The notes under the pieces are model-generated. The model ran no database searches, was not told the origin of the DNA, and saw nothing but the letters and a program-made list of their open reading frames with translations. A stretch of DNA of 64,000 nucleotides, taken from positions 71,796,001-71,860,000 of the forward strand of contig NC_042999.1 of NCBI RefSeq assembly GCF_006345805.1. Reading direction: 5' to 3'. Below, in pieces: positions 49,546-64,000 of this stretch. Position 1 is the stretch's first letter, and each line of letters opens with the position of its first letter. Position numbers and translations under genes: made by a program. The DNA is from Octopus sinensis. Taxonomy: Eukaryota.

Positions 49546-51628
49546 AATGACAGTATAATTCGACGGCGGCGTAGGTGAAACTATAAATTAAATTTTTTAT
49601 TGAATATACATTTCCCAACAATAAATTTCGTCATGTATATGTATGCATTCTACACACTACTGCGCTTACTGATCAGCTAACCTCAGAAACAGCTGTAAAT
49701 ATAACCGAATTATCCTCTCTCGTATTTGTGCATTAGATTATGCATTCTCCTTACCTATTTATGAAGAATTTCTATGAAAGATTACATAGTTTCTCCTCAT
49801 TTTCATCTGTGATATTACAGATGAACTTTCCGGATAGATGCTTATCTCCAATGTTACATATACAGTTCATATGTTCTAACGCCAATTGTACGCGTAAACT
49901 TCAAAAAAGCAATCTACTGAGTTTTCTGTTGCGTTTGAACGATGTTTTGATATGATGAAATATCTATTTCTTGTTTAGATAAATACATGCAGAAAGGTAT
50001 AGACAGAGTAGGATTTGATATAATCTGTCCTTTGTGCTTTAAAATGGCCGTGAAAATAGAACGAATGAATAATAAACAGGATGTTTGTTATTTAGGAATG
50101 TATTATACAGTGAATTAATTTCTTTTATGCTGAATGAATCAAATTAATAGTGAAGTGTTTTCCCGATGTTGTCAGACTTCTCTATTTTCTCATTTTCCTT
50201 ATCTATCGCGAGAGTAGATTTGATTTTCCATTCACAGTTCTTCCACTATCTTCTGTCCATCGTAATAACAGTACTTTAATGAAATGAATTTAATAATTGT
50301 TTTTTTATATCTTTTCTGGTATAAAGTAGAATAACAGAACAGTTGTGTGGTTGACATGACATTTAGTGCTATCAGAGTGTACGTCGGCATCATTCACATA
50401 TTTCAGAGGATTTCAGTTGTATGTTCACATGCTAAGTGAATGAAATTCACTATGTAGAGATATCATTTGTAGAATATCAATACAGAATGGACTGTATATC
50501 TTATTTAATGTAGATATGCAGTAAGAATGCCAAAATACTGCAATATTCGTGTTGAGAAAGCACCTCGTATTGGCATATAGTGTTATAAACCACAGAAGTA
50601 TCAGCAGATGATGAAAAGTTTCAGCAGTGGTGGTGGAGTAGTTAGATCCGGGATTTCTGCGCATTTGCGCGTCATCGGTAGCAAGTATCCACAGTCAAAT
50701 TTCATGCTTAGACAAATACTCATATCTATTTTTAGCTTTGCTATGAAACCAGGCTTACGAAGCCTTATAAGCAGCTTATTACGAGATTCTAATTAACGTA
50801 TTTCGTTCCTATTCTTCAATTTATTAGCTTTCGTTCACCACCCTTTACAAACTACAAATAATTACCAGGAGGTTTCTTATTAAAATACAAATCAAATCTT
50901 AGACACAACTCATTCTAAGTGTAATGTATACACGGAGATGATAATAATTACTAATGATACTGATGACGAAAAAAACTATTTTCCCACCCGTTGGCAAATT
51001 TCACTTTTGATTTGCAAGTTGACTGGTTTTAATTAGTATCAATACATCCATAATATCATTAGGTATTTTGTGTGTTCAACGAGGATACGTTATAGTTCTA
51101 ATGACCCTGACAACTGATAATTACTATACGACTATTAGCAGTAATAACGTCTGATACAACGGCAATTATGCGCTATGCTGTCACATCACGACAACGCGTG
51201 CATGTTTATTTCGAAGGAAGTCTTGCATGTATTGATGCAATTAAGCAAAAAGCAACATGTTCATGTACATGCTTATCACACATTAAACGCACACACACAC
51301 ATACACAGATACACACATACACAGATGTGTGTGCGTGTGTGTGTGCTTTGACATCTATGCCTTTGTATGTACACATGTGCGTGTGTTGGTGTTTGCGTAT
51401 AAAGGGAGCCAGTTTGCTGCGTCTTTAGAATGTCGAATAGATTGCTTTCTGCAAACTGTTCAGGTGAGGTGCACTGTGAGTTCAAATCGCACCGAGGTCA
51501 GCTTTGTTTCTTATGCTTACTGGACTCAATACATTAACAACCTTACACTGGAGTCCATTCTCCTTTTCTGTCAATCTTTCTTTGTCTGTCTGTCTGTCTG
51601 TCTGTCTCTGTCTGTCTCTATCTCTCAC

Positions 51629-51663
<35 letters not shown>

Positions 51664-51789
51664 TTATAGAAGAAATCGGTTTTGGTCCAACTGGAGAAGC
51701 ATAAGTTCAGCCAGGTCTGAAAAATGCCCGACAAAGCCTACCGAACGACAGAGTCTTACTACTTCATCATATGAGGGCCAGGGGCAATA

Positions 51790-51859
<70 letters not shown>

Positions 51860-52074
51860 TGTGTCTGGTAGTTGAGTTTGATGGTTTGAGTTGACGCATT
51901 TTAATGAAAAGTACGTATCGGTTGGTGATATCAAAGAATATGTCTAGGATTTGTGCCCAAGAGGGTGATACATCTGTGAGACGCCACTTCACTAATAAAG
52001 ATGCCAGCTCGCTTCCAGATTAACTTTGGTATTGTTTGTTTCGTGGAATTATGCTACAATTTAGCAGTAGGAGC

Positions 52075-52081
52075 AGTGTCG

Positions 52082-52143
<62 letters not shown>

Positions 52144-52380
52144 TCAGCAGTAGTAGTATCAGCAGTAGTAGCAGCAGCAGCAGCAGCAGTAGTAGCAGCA
52201 GCAGCAGGAGCAGTAGTAGTAGTATCAGTAGTAGTAGTAGTAGTAATTGTAGTAGTAGTAGTAATAGTAGTAGTAGTAGTAGTAGCAGTAGTAGCAGCAG
52301 CAGCAACAGCAGCAGCAACAGCAGCATCAGTAGTAGTAGTAGTAGTAACAGCAGCAGTAGTAGTGATTGTTGTTGTTGTT
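52075..52380. repeat. (AGT)n/(AGC)n trinucleotide array
   Basis: Direct reading. It produces spurious poly-V and poly-L ORFs. Confidence 0.95.
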
Positions 52381-53478
52381 TTATAGCCCTAGATCAGGCG
52401 TAATCATCACGTCTTTTCCCTAGATAGAGGAAATTGGGGATCTCATTGTCCAATGCCTCGATTCCTAAGACAATCGGGAGTAAGTTTATTGAATTCTCGG
52501 TTCCTATTTCTAGTGACTACTCTTATGCTCCACCGGTGGTTTCGTGGTACGAATAGCTGTACTTGTTGATCGTAGATGTCACGAATTTTTGGCACGGTGT
52601 GAAAGATTGGGTTGTGGATTTTTCTATTTCTGATTTATTCATTTTTTTATATTTCAATTGTTTATTTACTATTTTGTTTTCGATAGAGAAAAGGAATGAA
52701 TACAAGTTCTCTGTAGATTGTTGGTTTGTACTTTGCATGTAACAGTCCATTAATATGCTTCTTGAAAGCAATTTTTCAAAACTATTTGACAGATTTCTCT
52801 ACCTCCTGTTGAAGAGTGCTCACATTATCTGATATTGTGATGTGGCCATTGCTAGAGTTGTTGACGTTACTAATTATTTTCTATAGTGTTTCGCTTTTTA
52901 CAGGATTATACTGCATGCAAATGTTTGCTAAGTTTCTGTTCATGACAATGGTTTATTTTATTGAATCAATATTTATTTGTTTGATGCTTAGTTTTATTGC
53001 TTTTTGCAAGAATTGTTTATGTTGTGTTTAAGGCAATAATTAGCTTTAGCTAGTCGCGTATTTAACTCTTGTATTTGGTATATTTATGTTACCTTATGGG
53101 ACATGTTTGGGGGCATGCTACATATAAGACCGTATTATTCAGAAGTTTCCAGTTTTGCTTGTAATTAGGAAATTTCGATGATTGCCAATATGTCTTCGTA
53201 GTGGTATCACGACTTAGTGCCAGGGGTGAGATTACAAAAATGTTTCTTCCGTTATCTGGAGTTAGCGTGGATATATGTATGTCGGACTTTTGTGTGTGGG
53301 TATATGCGTGTAAAACCAGTGACTGCATTATACGAGAGCTTTCTATTGACAAAGCTCTCTTGTTTGAAAATGGGCAGCTAAAAAACCCAAGAGTAGACAT
53401 TTTGTTACCGGTCATATGACAGATTATATGTGTACATATATACATTTGCGTGTGTGTGTGTGTGCGAGCACGTATGTG

Positions 53479-53512
<34 letters not shown>

Positions 53513-54989
53513 CATACATATAAGATATATGTTCTGAAAAGCACAGCACGTAGCCAAATGTCAGGGCTCAATATTACATTCGACATTCCACTCCTGCATC
53601 TATTGCGGTTAGCCAGTGACATGAAACCACATGATAAGATATTGCGCAAAGTACGAGACACAAGAAGCTATTATGAAATATAGGAAACATATTTGATAAT
53701 CTAAGATTTATGAAACAGGACTTTCACTAAAACAACTGGTAGGATTATAGATTCCTCTGCTTAGGCACTCGTTCACTGACTTGAAATTCATGTACGCGAT
53801 TTTACTTGCTGAATATATCCTTAATTTGGGAATTCGTATGATTACCTGTAAATTGAAATAATCGATACTGGGACAAACCAGACCGCACCTAGAGGCATAC
53901 TCCTTGCAAGTTATGTACGAGAGAACGGGAACCGGAGATTGTTTTTGCTAACAATAGACAGGCATTCTTAATGATCGTAGTGAACTGAGAATTTGCTGCA
54001 CACACTGTAAGAGTAGAACTATCAGGCTGCGAAATACCTTACCTACAATTCTTGGTAGGGAAGAAGAAGAAGAAAAAGAAGAAGAAGAAGAAGAAGAAGA
54101 AGAAGAAGAAGAAGAAGAAGAAGAAGAAGAAGAAGAAGGAGAAAGAGAAGGGAGAATAAGAAGGAACGTAGGCAGTATGATAGTAGTAGGATGTTAAATG
54201 GTCAAGTGAACTACAAGTGAATCGTTATGGATCATAATAGTGATTGGGATTGTTTCATAATGAATTCTTGGGAATCTCTTAAGTGTATCATTTTAAATAT
54301 TTGCGTGCGTGTTTGTGTTATTCTAAGGCCGTGGCGGATATGTCGTTTGTTGTAGCTGCGTTCAAAAGGGGTCTGTATTTTGTAATAAAGAGAGTATCTT
54401 TACTAATTCGTTGGCTACAGGTTGCATCGTCCCTGAATTGATAGAGGGAAAATTCTGAAGCTTGGATTTTTGTTATTGGCGTCGATGTGTTGGCTGAATG
54501 CTATTTTTCTCTTTTGGGGAATTTTGATCTGGGATCTGGGCCATTCTTTTACGTAGACTGTTTTTTTGTTTGGCCTATGTATTGTTCTTGATACCCAGAG
54601 CAGGTTAGTGCATCTATGAGGTTCTCCGAAGCACATGTGACACATTTACTTAAGCACATATACACGTGTGTAAACAAACATAGCATTCACATATACAGGA
54701 GCGAATCTTGATATATGCGCATAATCATATATGGAAAGCCAAGCATTGAAGGAACGCTAAAAATTTAAAAGTGTCGTTAAGGAAACATACTTCATAAGGT
54801 GAGAGAAGAAGACAAGGTATAGAAAGAGAAAAACAAGGTAAAATGGGAGACAGAGAAAGGGGAGAGAGAGAGAGAGGAGAGAGTAACAGGCAAAATTGTA
54901 TAGATAAAAGAAGGGAAAGAAAAGGGGGAAGAATAAATGTTATGGGAAGTGAGATAGAAGAATAAAGGAAAGATAATTTGCAGAAAATT

Positions 54990-56720
54990 ATTATTAGACA
55001 ATGGGTAGATACAATTTGAAAAACCGAAGGAATGTTTTTTTCTAGTGTGTACATCTGTAAGCTCTCTCGGGAAATCTGTTTACCAGTTTATGTTTGAAAA
55101 AGAGAATAAAAAATTACTCTTCCGTACAAAGAGGACAAAAAGATTTCCCTTTATCACAGGGAAAAGATCTAGATAAAATTTTCCATTCTAAAAAAAAATT
55201 GTTTGAGTCTGTAAGGTGCCAGATTAGTTTACTAACTGCAGTGGAGTTACATTTTCGATTGCATTTGAAGGTAGAAAAATGGTTAGCCAGTCTGGATTTC
55301 AAAAATGTAGAGAAATACCTATACAAGAAAATTCCTTGTTACCAGAGGTAACAGCATTGGTATACGGCATTTTTAATTCAGCAGTTTCCAGTTAGGACAC
55401 AGGTTTTATTAGGACCATATTTGCAAATGTTGGTTACATTGAGGTTATCATTTAAGGAGAGATTTTCGTTAATATTATTGTTAGTTTTAATAAGGTTACT
55501 AGAAATATTAGGAGAGAAATTGTAACCTCTTAGGATATAGCTGTTAGGTGAAGGTATAATTTGCAAGACGTTGCTGGTGTTAGAGAAACCTACTCCCATA
55601 CGGTGTGTGTTGAAAATCGAGTGGTACCTCGAATTAATAGGGACGTTTCTTTCTATTGCTTGACGAAATAATAGTTGAAGGTTACTTTTTACTTGTTTAC
55701 CGTATGGAATAATCAGCCAAATATTTTTATTAGGGTTGTGTGATTGCGAGATTCATTATTAAAAAACCTAGTGTTATTATTGTAGCTTAAAAAAGAAGAC
55801 GAACATGGTTATTTCCCTTTGACTGATTACTTTTAGGATTACGAGGGTAAGGTTATTTAGATGGAACTGGGTATTATTTTGAATATTGATAATCGTAGAA
55901 TCAAGCTAAAACTCTTGTTGTTATTGTATCCGTTACTATCATTATTGTTATTACGACTGTTATTGTTATTATTATAGTTGGGGCCAACGTGGTTATAATA
56001 TTTAATCTGTTCCTTATATCCTACATTAGATAAAGCTGAGTTATAAAACTCAGCGTTAATATTGAAAACAGTTTCGTTGGCGGATAATATAGAAATTCTA
56101 AGTGATATGTTTTAACTAAGATTTTGTTATATTGTTATGGTGATTACTAAAGACACTGATGTATTTCATGTTAGTAGAAGGTTTATGGTATGGGAAATAC
56201 AAAGCCGTATTTAAGTTTAGAGTAAGATCGATGAAGTTAATTTCATCAAAGGAAATACTTAGGCCATATTATTAAAGAATTTAACTAAATCACGTTTAAC
56301 TTTTTGTCGTTTGATTAGAGGTATTTTGTGGGTAAAATAGGCAATCATCACGATGTAAACCACCGTATATAAGGGAATTGTTCTTCAATTGCAGATAGAA
56401 TATAAATTCCGACCAAATCCGAGGCTTGAGCGGAGTCAGAACTTCCCATCGGAATATCGGAGCAATCAGGTCGACCTTTTCGAATTCATAGCTTATTATC
56501 AAATTGGATGATAGATGTTCTTGACGCTAGGACAACATTAATGTCGTCACGGGTTAGGCTGGCCTTATTATGTGCGAACCATAGAGCTTTATGATAGGAT
56601 TGATAGAGGAATAATAGCTACAGATGTCGAACTGGATGAATTTAGTGTTTAGTTTATTTTCTATTGAATTGAACCAGTCCACAATCTGGAAAGAGTTAGA
56701 CCAAAGATGAATAGTTATTT
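54990..56720 (-). mobile_element. Decayed Penelope-like element of a second family (RT + GIY-YIG)
   Basis: KFIQFDICSYYSSI (RT motif), GGLHRDDCL (YRDD-type), CVLTGNC, and FKSRLANHFSTF...STAVSKLIW.L...WKIL...CPLC. Confidence 0.8.
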
Positions 56721-57979
56721 TCGTTAATGAGGGAATGTACTTATCCAGAATATTTTTGTTAAGTATGCCGATATCCAATCTAGAAGGATGTACATACATA
56801 CATATATATTTGTGTGTGTGTGTATGCGTGTGTATGTGCGTGTATGTGTGTGTGCGCGTGTGTGTTCGTATGCATGCATGCATTGATAAATTCTATACAG
56901 TATATATGCATGCATTCACACACACACACACACAGTCACACATACATTTACATATGCATAAAGTGGGAGAGAGACATGGGTGAGAGGGACTAGAAAAGAA
57001 TTTGACAAATAATATAAATTACTTTTACTAAAAGTACCAAATTTATTATATTAAAATCACCTGTCCAAATAGATTGCCAATTCTTTTTTGGTATTAATTG
57101 GCAAGCTTTAAGACATAGATCGTTTGGCAAATGATGAAAACGCAAGAAATAAAAATGGTAGATAAACAAATGAATAGATAAATAATCTAACAAGAAAGTG
57201 GACAGTTGGAACGCTTTTGATTAATATAACTGATCTGGGACTAAACATCGATAACACACACAACTGCATTACTTAAGGGCACATTAAAAAACCACCATCG
57301 AGGGAGGTGGTACATGAACAGTCCAGGAATAAATATAGCAGCCAATCTTTCTTGAGAGGAAAGACACATTCAATATTAAAGCTATCGACACATTTTTGAC
57401 TGAAGGACATGGTAACTCCATTTTGGTCAGCACCATTTCATAATATTCCAGTATAACTGTGCATAAAAAGCAGAATGGCTGATTGTTTCTTTGGGATTGG
57501 TCAAGTGATGAAGACATCCCTGATATCCCCGATAGAAAATCGATGAAAGTTGTAGTTAAATTTGACATGGTTGTATGTTTACGATGTAGGTTTACCTACA
57601 CACCTACATACGTACGTACATACCTACCTAACCTACCTACCTACTTACCTACCTACCTACCCACTTACCTACCTACCTAGCTACCTTCCTACCAACCTAC
57701 CTACCTACCTACCTACCTATATACATACATACATATATACAGACGTATATATACATACCTGCATATATATATACATGTATATAGATAGGTATATATATGT
57801 ATGTTTGCCATTATTCGGTTTTATTTCAAAATTTCTCGCCAATAGAGAAAGAGACGGTCGTAACATAGATCCAAAGATTCTTTATTGAATTTTCAACATC
57901 AAGATATTTTTGTATGTATATATATATATATATATATAATATATAGATATGTATGTATGTATGTACGTATGTATGTATG

Positions 57980-58010
<31 letters not shown>

Positions 58011-58029
58011 TATATTATATATATATATA

Positions 58030-60261
58030 ACTTAGAATAACTTAGAAAGGTTTTGGCCAGTATTGGCCCAGGCCATGTCTAACTTAATAGCACCACCTGG
58101 CGAAGTCTTTCAGTTCAGGATTTGGGCACCAAGGCCCATTCGAGCAGAGAGTTATTGTTTGCGGAGACATATCCGGCTGTGGGTGGTTTGTCCGGTACTG
58201 TTTGAAGGAATTTGTCCAAAGACTTCTTGAATTTTGTGTGGTCAGTTTCTTTTTTGACGTGTCCTGGTGTAATGTTGAAGAGAGCGGGTCCAATTGAGGT
58301 GAAATAGTTGTGCCGTATTGTCGTTATGTGATGCGATTTAGATTTTTTTTGTGGACGGATGGCACGTGGTCCAAGTCTTGGATGCATTTTGAAGGTGATG
58401 CCAACATCATTCGGACAGTGCTGATGGAATATTTTCCACATCATACAGATAATGTAGCGTTCACGTCGTCGTTGGAGTGAATACAATTTCAGCTTCTCTA
58501 GTCTACCCCAGTAGTCAAGGTCTGACATGCCATCTATCTTTTTTGTGATTGACCTTTGGGGAGCTTCAATTCTCATAATATTTTACTTTGTGTAGGGAGA
58601 CCACAGTGGACAGCAGTATTCAAGGTGGGGTCGGGCAAAAGTGGAGAAGAGAAGGATAATAGCGTGGGAATCTCTCGACTGGAAGGTTCTGAGAATCCAG
58701 GAACACATTCTGCGGGCCATGTCAACTTTGCTACTTATATCTGTAGCCCAGCTTATGTTGTTGTCCACTGTTACTCCCAGGTCTCTGATGTTGTTGGATG
58801 CCATGAGAATTTCTCCAGAAGGAAGAGAGTATGGGAGTTTCAGAGCGTCCTCCCTTCCAAAGTGGATCAGTTCGAATTTGTCTTCATTTAGCAACATGTT
58901 ATTCTTTTCCGCCCATTGGACAACAACCAGTAGGTCTGACTGAAGGTTTATTCGGTCATCTACGCCATTGATGACCTTCTGGAGCTTGGAATCATCAGCG
59001 AAGGTTCTGATGTTACTGTGTTTGATGGTGTCAGTAATATCATTTATGTAGATGATGAAGAGAAGTGGGCCCAATACAGTGCCTTGTGGGACACCACTGC
59101 TGACTTTGGCTGGGCTGGATTTGACTCCTTCGACTACAACATGTTGGGTTCTGTTAGCCAGGAAGCACTTGATCCACTGCAGCAGCTTTCCAGTGACACC
59201 AATATTGGACAGCTTTCTCAGAAGGATCTTATGATCAACCCTGTCAAAGGCCTTGCTGAAATCAAGGTAGATGACATCAGTGTTGGAACCCTCTCCCAAG
59301 GCTCTCAAAATGTCATCAAAATGATGCAGTAGCTGCGTCAAGCAATCTCTCCCATTACGGAATCCATGCTGGTTGGGGTTTAGCATATTATGACTCTCAA
59401 GGAAGTGAGTCATACGCGATCTCAGTACCCTCTCAAATACCTTGATGATATGAGAGGTGAGTGAGATTGGACGGTAATTCACGGCAAGCGATTTGTTTCC
59501 TTTTTTGAAAACTGGGACAACAGACTGGGATAGAAGGTCTTCTGGTATATATCCAGCATCCAGTGAGTTCCGCCACAGATTGGCTAGAGGGGGTGCAAGT
59601 TGGTTTTGACACATCTTCAAGACACAAGCAGGGAACCTATCGGGACCTACTGCTGAATTATGCTTCATTTCCTTTATTGCTGCTAAGACATCAGGAGCGC
59701 CAAATGTTATGTCCGATAAAGTGTATTGGGGAGTAACATCACTGATACAGCCCAGATCAGTCATATCAGGATTGCTGAAAACAGAGAAATATTGTTTCTG
59801 CAATATCTCTCCCATGGTTTTGGCATTGTCTTGAAGAGTACCATTTTCATCAATCAGAGGGCCAACAGTAGAACCAGTGACTCTGTGTTTTTTTGCAAAT
59901 GAAAAGAACACTTTGGGATTGAGTTTGATCTTCTCAATGGCCCAGGCCTCTTAAGCTCTTCGCTGACTATTGATGATAGACATCATGTTGTTTTGGAGTT
60001 TATGTTTTTTAATCTCTAGCGACGAGATGGCAGTCAGGTTGGTGTGTTGCTGTTGACAGTATTTCAGCATGTTGATCTTTTTGTTGATTCTTTTAATTTT
60101 CCTTATGAGAGATTTTCTATTTCTAGGGATTCGACACTTAGATTTGTTTGCATATGTTAATGGGGTGTGTCTTGCACATATGTTCGTGATGGTGTCTACA
60201 AGTGACTGCCAGGGCTTTTTGATGTTAGTGGGTGTGTATGTGTGCGTGAAGGACCAATCGA

Positions 60262-60262
<1 letters not shown>
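58030..60262 (-). mobile_element. 5'-truncated CR1/L2-group LINE ORF2 (RT) plus 3' UTR
   Basis: ORF segments 59951-60262, 58583-59911 and 58115-58576 share one frame, broken only by two TAA codons. Motifs NYRPISLTS, QHGFR, YLDFSKAFD, GVPQGTVLGPLLF, FADD. Confidence 0.95.
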
Positions 60263-61464
<1,202 letters not shown>

Positions 61465-62380
61465 ACACAATATACAGTGGGCTGAGGACAACAACATGCA
61501 GTTTATTGCAGGTAAGTTCCAGGCCCTGCGCTACTGGCACACAAAGGTAAATGACGTGAAGACTGGATACACTGGCCCAGGAAGAATTGCAATCCCTGAG
61601 TCAAAATCAGTGCGTGACCTGGGCATTGAAATGAGCAATGATGCATCTTTCCAAATGCATATTGCTAATCTGGTGATAAAATGCAGACGGCTAGCTGGAT
61701 GGATTCTCCGAACTTTCAGAACAAGAGAGAAGGAGACACTGATGGTCCTATGGAAAACATTTGTCCTCAGCCGCTTGTACTACTGCTCCCAACTTTGGTC
61801 ACCACACAATATAAAACAAACAGCAGAACTCGAAGCAACTCAGAGAAGCTACACAAAGAAAATCGTCTCAATGCAAAATGTCAGCTACTGGGAAAGACTG
61901 AAGGTATTAAACCTCTTCTCCCTGGAGCGGAGGCGGGAGAGATATGCAGTGATATACATCTGGAAAATCCTGGAGGGTCTTGTCCCAAACTTTGGCATTC
62001 AAAGTTACTCCAACCGCAGAACGGGGCGCCGCTGCGTGGTGCCAAGGATTCCAACATCACCATCAAAATACAGGTCCAGATACTGCAACAGCTTGGGTTT
62101 CAGAGGACCACAGCTCTTTAATATCCTCCCTAAATGCCTGAGAGATTTACATGGTGTGGATGTGGGTTCCTTTAAAACTAAACTGGATCTCTTCTTGTTG
62201 GGAGTCCCAGATGAACCTACCTCACGACAGGAGACACGGATGCGCGCAGCAGCATCGAACTCCCTTGTTGATCAAGTGCCACGTATCAGAGGTGGATTCA
62301 CAAACTAGTGTAGCTCATTCAGCGGTGGTGCCCCAGCATGGCCGCGGCCTTCGGGCTAAAACATTTTAAAGGATTTAATG
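61465..62380 (+). mobile_element. 5'-truncated CR1/L2-group LINE 3' end (second family)
   Basis: 270-aa open frame with [21 protein letters not shown] and LERRRER, followed by the tail ggtggtgccccagcatggcc. Confidence 0.92.
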
Positions 62381-62443
<63 letters not shown>

Positions 62444-62548
62444 TATATATATATATATATCTATATATATATATATATATATATATATTACTTATTAGGA
62501 ATAAAAATTCCGGCATCACAGGGGTTCAAATTATTCTCAATGAGGAAA

Positions 62549-63472
62549 TATATATGTTATTTAGAGATAGTAGTCCCCTCTATCACACCATATAAAAGAC
62601 TTTTAATTTAATTTAATACTTACTACTCATTTCTCAAATACACGTGTTTCTTCAGGTTTTTTACGGTTCCTTAAGCACTCAGTGTTTTACAGGAACCTTT
62701 CTTAAAATGTAACCCCAATCATCAGGCCTCTAAATAGCTTTATCATAGTTCGGTACCAAATACTATATTTTAATTTTAACATATATGTATGTGTATGTGT
62801 AAATAGATTTGCCGGACCTCACTGTGCGAGCCATAATTTAATTCAAATAAACTTAATAAAAAGAAAAAAGAAAAAAGAAAAGATAAAAAATAAGAAAATA
62901 AAAAATACGAATAAAAATAAAAATTTACAAAAACTAAATTCTCACGTAACGTATGTCTTTAAGCATTCATAGAAAATTAATAATACGTAGGGATAAAAAT
63001 AAAATATATACTTATGATGGTATAATAATGAAAGCAATGACAAATAAATGTGTTCGAATAAAAATGAAAGCAATGACAAATAAATATATTCGAATAAAAA
63101 CTATGGTACGAATGACAAACTGCAAAAAGAAAATTTACAAATAATACGAATGATAAAAATTAAAAATTTACAAAGTAAACATAACTTAAGGGTAACGCAA
63201 AAGAAATGTCATAAAATATATGTACAAACTACCGACCATTGTCCTACTACGTATTAATTTCGGCTTAACGTCGCAAGGCTCTGCGAACATCTACACTCCC
63301 ACCTACGTCCTGCTTCTTTTAAACTATTACTTAATTAGCATAATAACTTAATAGTAACAAAGGTCCAGGAAATAAAAAAATGCATCATGGGAGCTGAGAA
63401 GTGAGTAGTATGTATCGAATTAAATTTAAATTATTTTATATGGTGGGGTGAAGGAAACTACTATCTGTAAAT

Positions 63473-63516
<44 letters not shown>

Positions 63517-63546
63517 ATTTAGAGATAGTAGTTTCCTTCACCCCAC
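62549..63546. repeat. Inverted-repeat structure: ~60-bp diverged arms ~870 bp apart plus a terminal AT-centred hairpin
   Basis: 62549-62610 versus 63421-63480 are inverted. 63443-63478 versus 63511-63546 differ at 1 of 36 positions. Confidence 0.7.
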
Positions 63547-63552
63547 AATATA

Positions 63553-63599
<47 letters not shown>

Positions 63600-63601
<2 letters not shown>

Positions 63602-63985
63602 TATGTACGTATATACATGTGTATGTATGTATACGTGCAGATTTCTATATTTTGTTTTATGTATGTATTCTCAAGCATATAGTTGCATGTCTAGAGATGC
63701 TCATATATCATTCTGGAAAGTTTTATAGATATTTACACTTCCAGTGATGGCTTGGATCTGTAGTCTTCGAATGAGATTTCTTCCTTCTGGTTTGGGAAAG
63801 CCTAATTTCTCAAGACTAGTATTTAGGCAGTGTGTTACATTTCGCAGTGCCACAATAATTATAGGTATAAACCTGAACTTTTAATCTCGATAGAGTAACT
63901 GTAGATTTCTCAATAATCCAGCGTAGGTGTCCTCTTTAGATTTATTTTAACATCCACCTGGCAACTAATTTCTACAACTGTATAT
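63600..63985 (-). mobile_element. 5'-truncated RLE LINE 3' end, same family as 690-1480
   Basis: The reverse complement aligns with about 965-1340 (ttattgagaaatctacagttactctat...tatatgagcat.tctaga). Confidence 0.8.
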
Positions 63986-64000
63986 ATGTATGTATGTATA

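Noticed and set aside
52036-52386. Poly-V/poly-A/poly-L ORFs, and poly-R/E at 40228-40479
   Set aside because: Trinucleotide microsatellite translations with no splice context.
52520-53690. Possible decayed LINE or host exon (190-aa minus ORF)
   Set aside because: Only vague resemblance to LINE ORF1/ORF2, interrupted by microsatellite, and not assignable by eye.

Overview
AT-rich, repeat-saturated animal genomic DNA. The microsatellite load and SINE/LINE families look like a coleoid cephalopod (Octopus-like); this is an inference, not checked. The only host-gene sequence I can support is three symmetric phase-1 exons on the + strand (2172-2279, 15763-15879, 16602-16718), each encoding one LDL-receptor class A module. 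The rest is intronic/intergenic: decayed LINEs (RLE/R4-like, Tx1/L1-like, RTE, CR1/L2-like), Penelope-like elements (PLEs), Helitrons, mariner/Tc1 remnants, tRNA-derived SINEs and long (AT)n tracts. Almost all ORFs in the six-frame track are microsatellite or TE artefacts. The main discovery is a head-to-tail array of ~555-bp units at 6184-8110. Every unit carries a type I hammerhead ribozyme fold on the minus strand (CUGAUGA...GAAA core, 6-bp stem I, near-palindromic stem III), and the array starts at the ribozyme, as expected for a retrozyme-like circRNA-producing element. The window holds further hammerhead-like motifs: one fused to a tRNA-like head (4628-4674), a U3-A8 core variant in a GIY-YIG PLE (three copies), and an A6U variant family (two copies). 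All ribozyme calls come from manual folding and are untested. TE boundaries are approximate.
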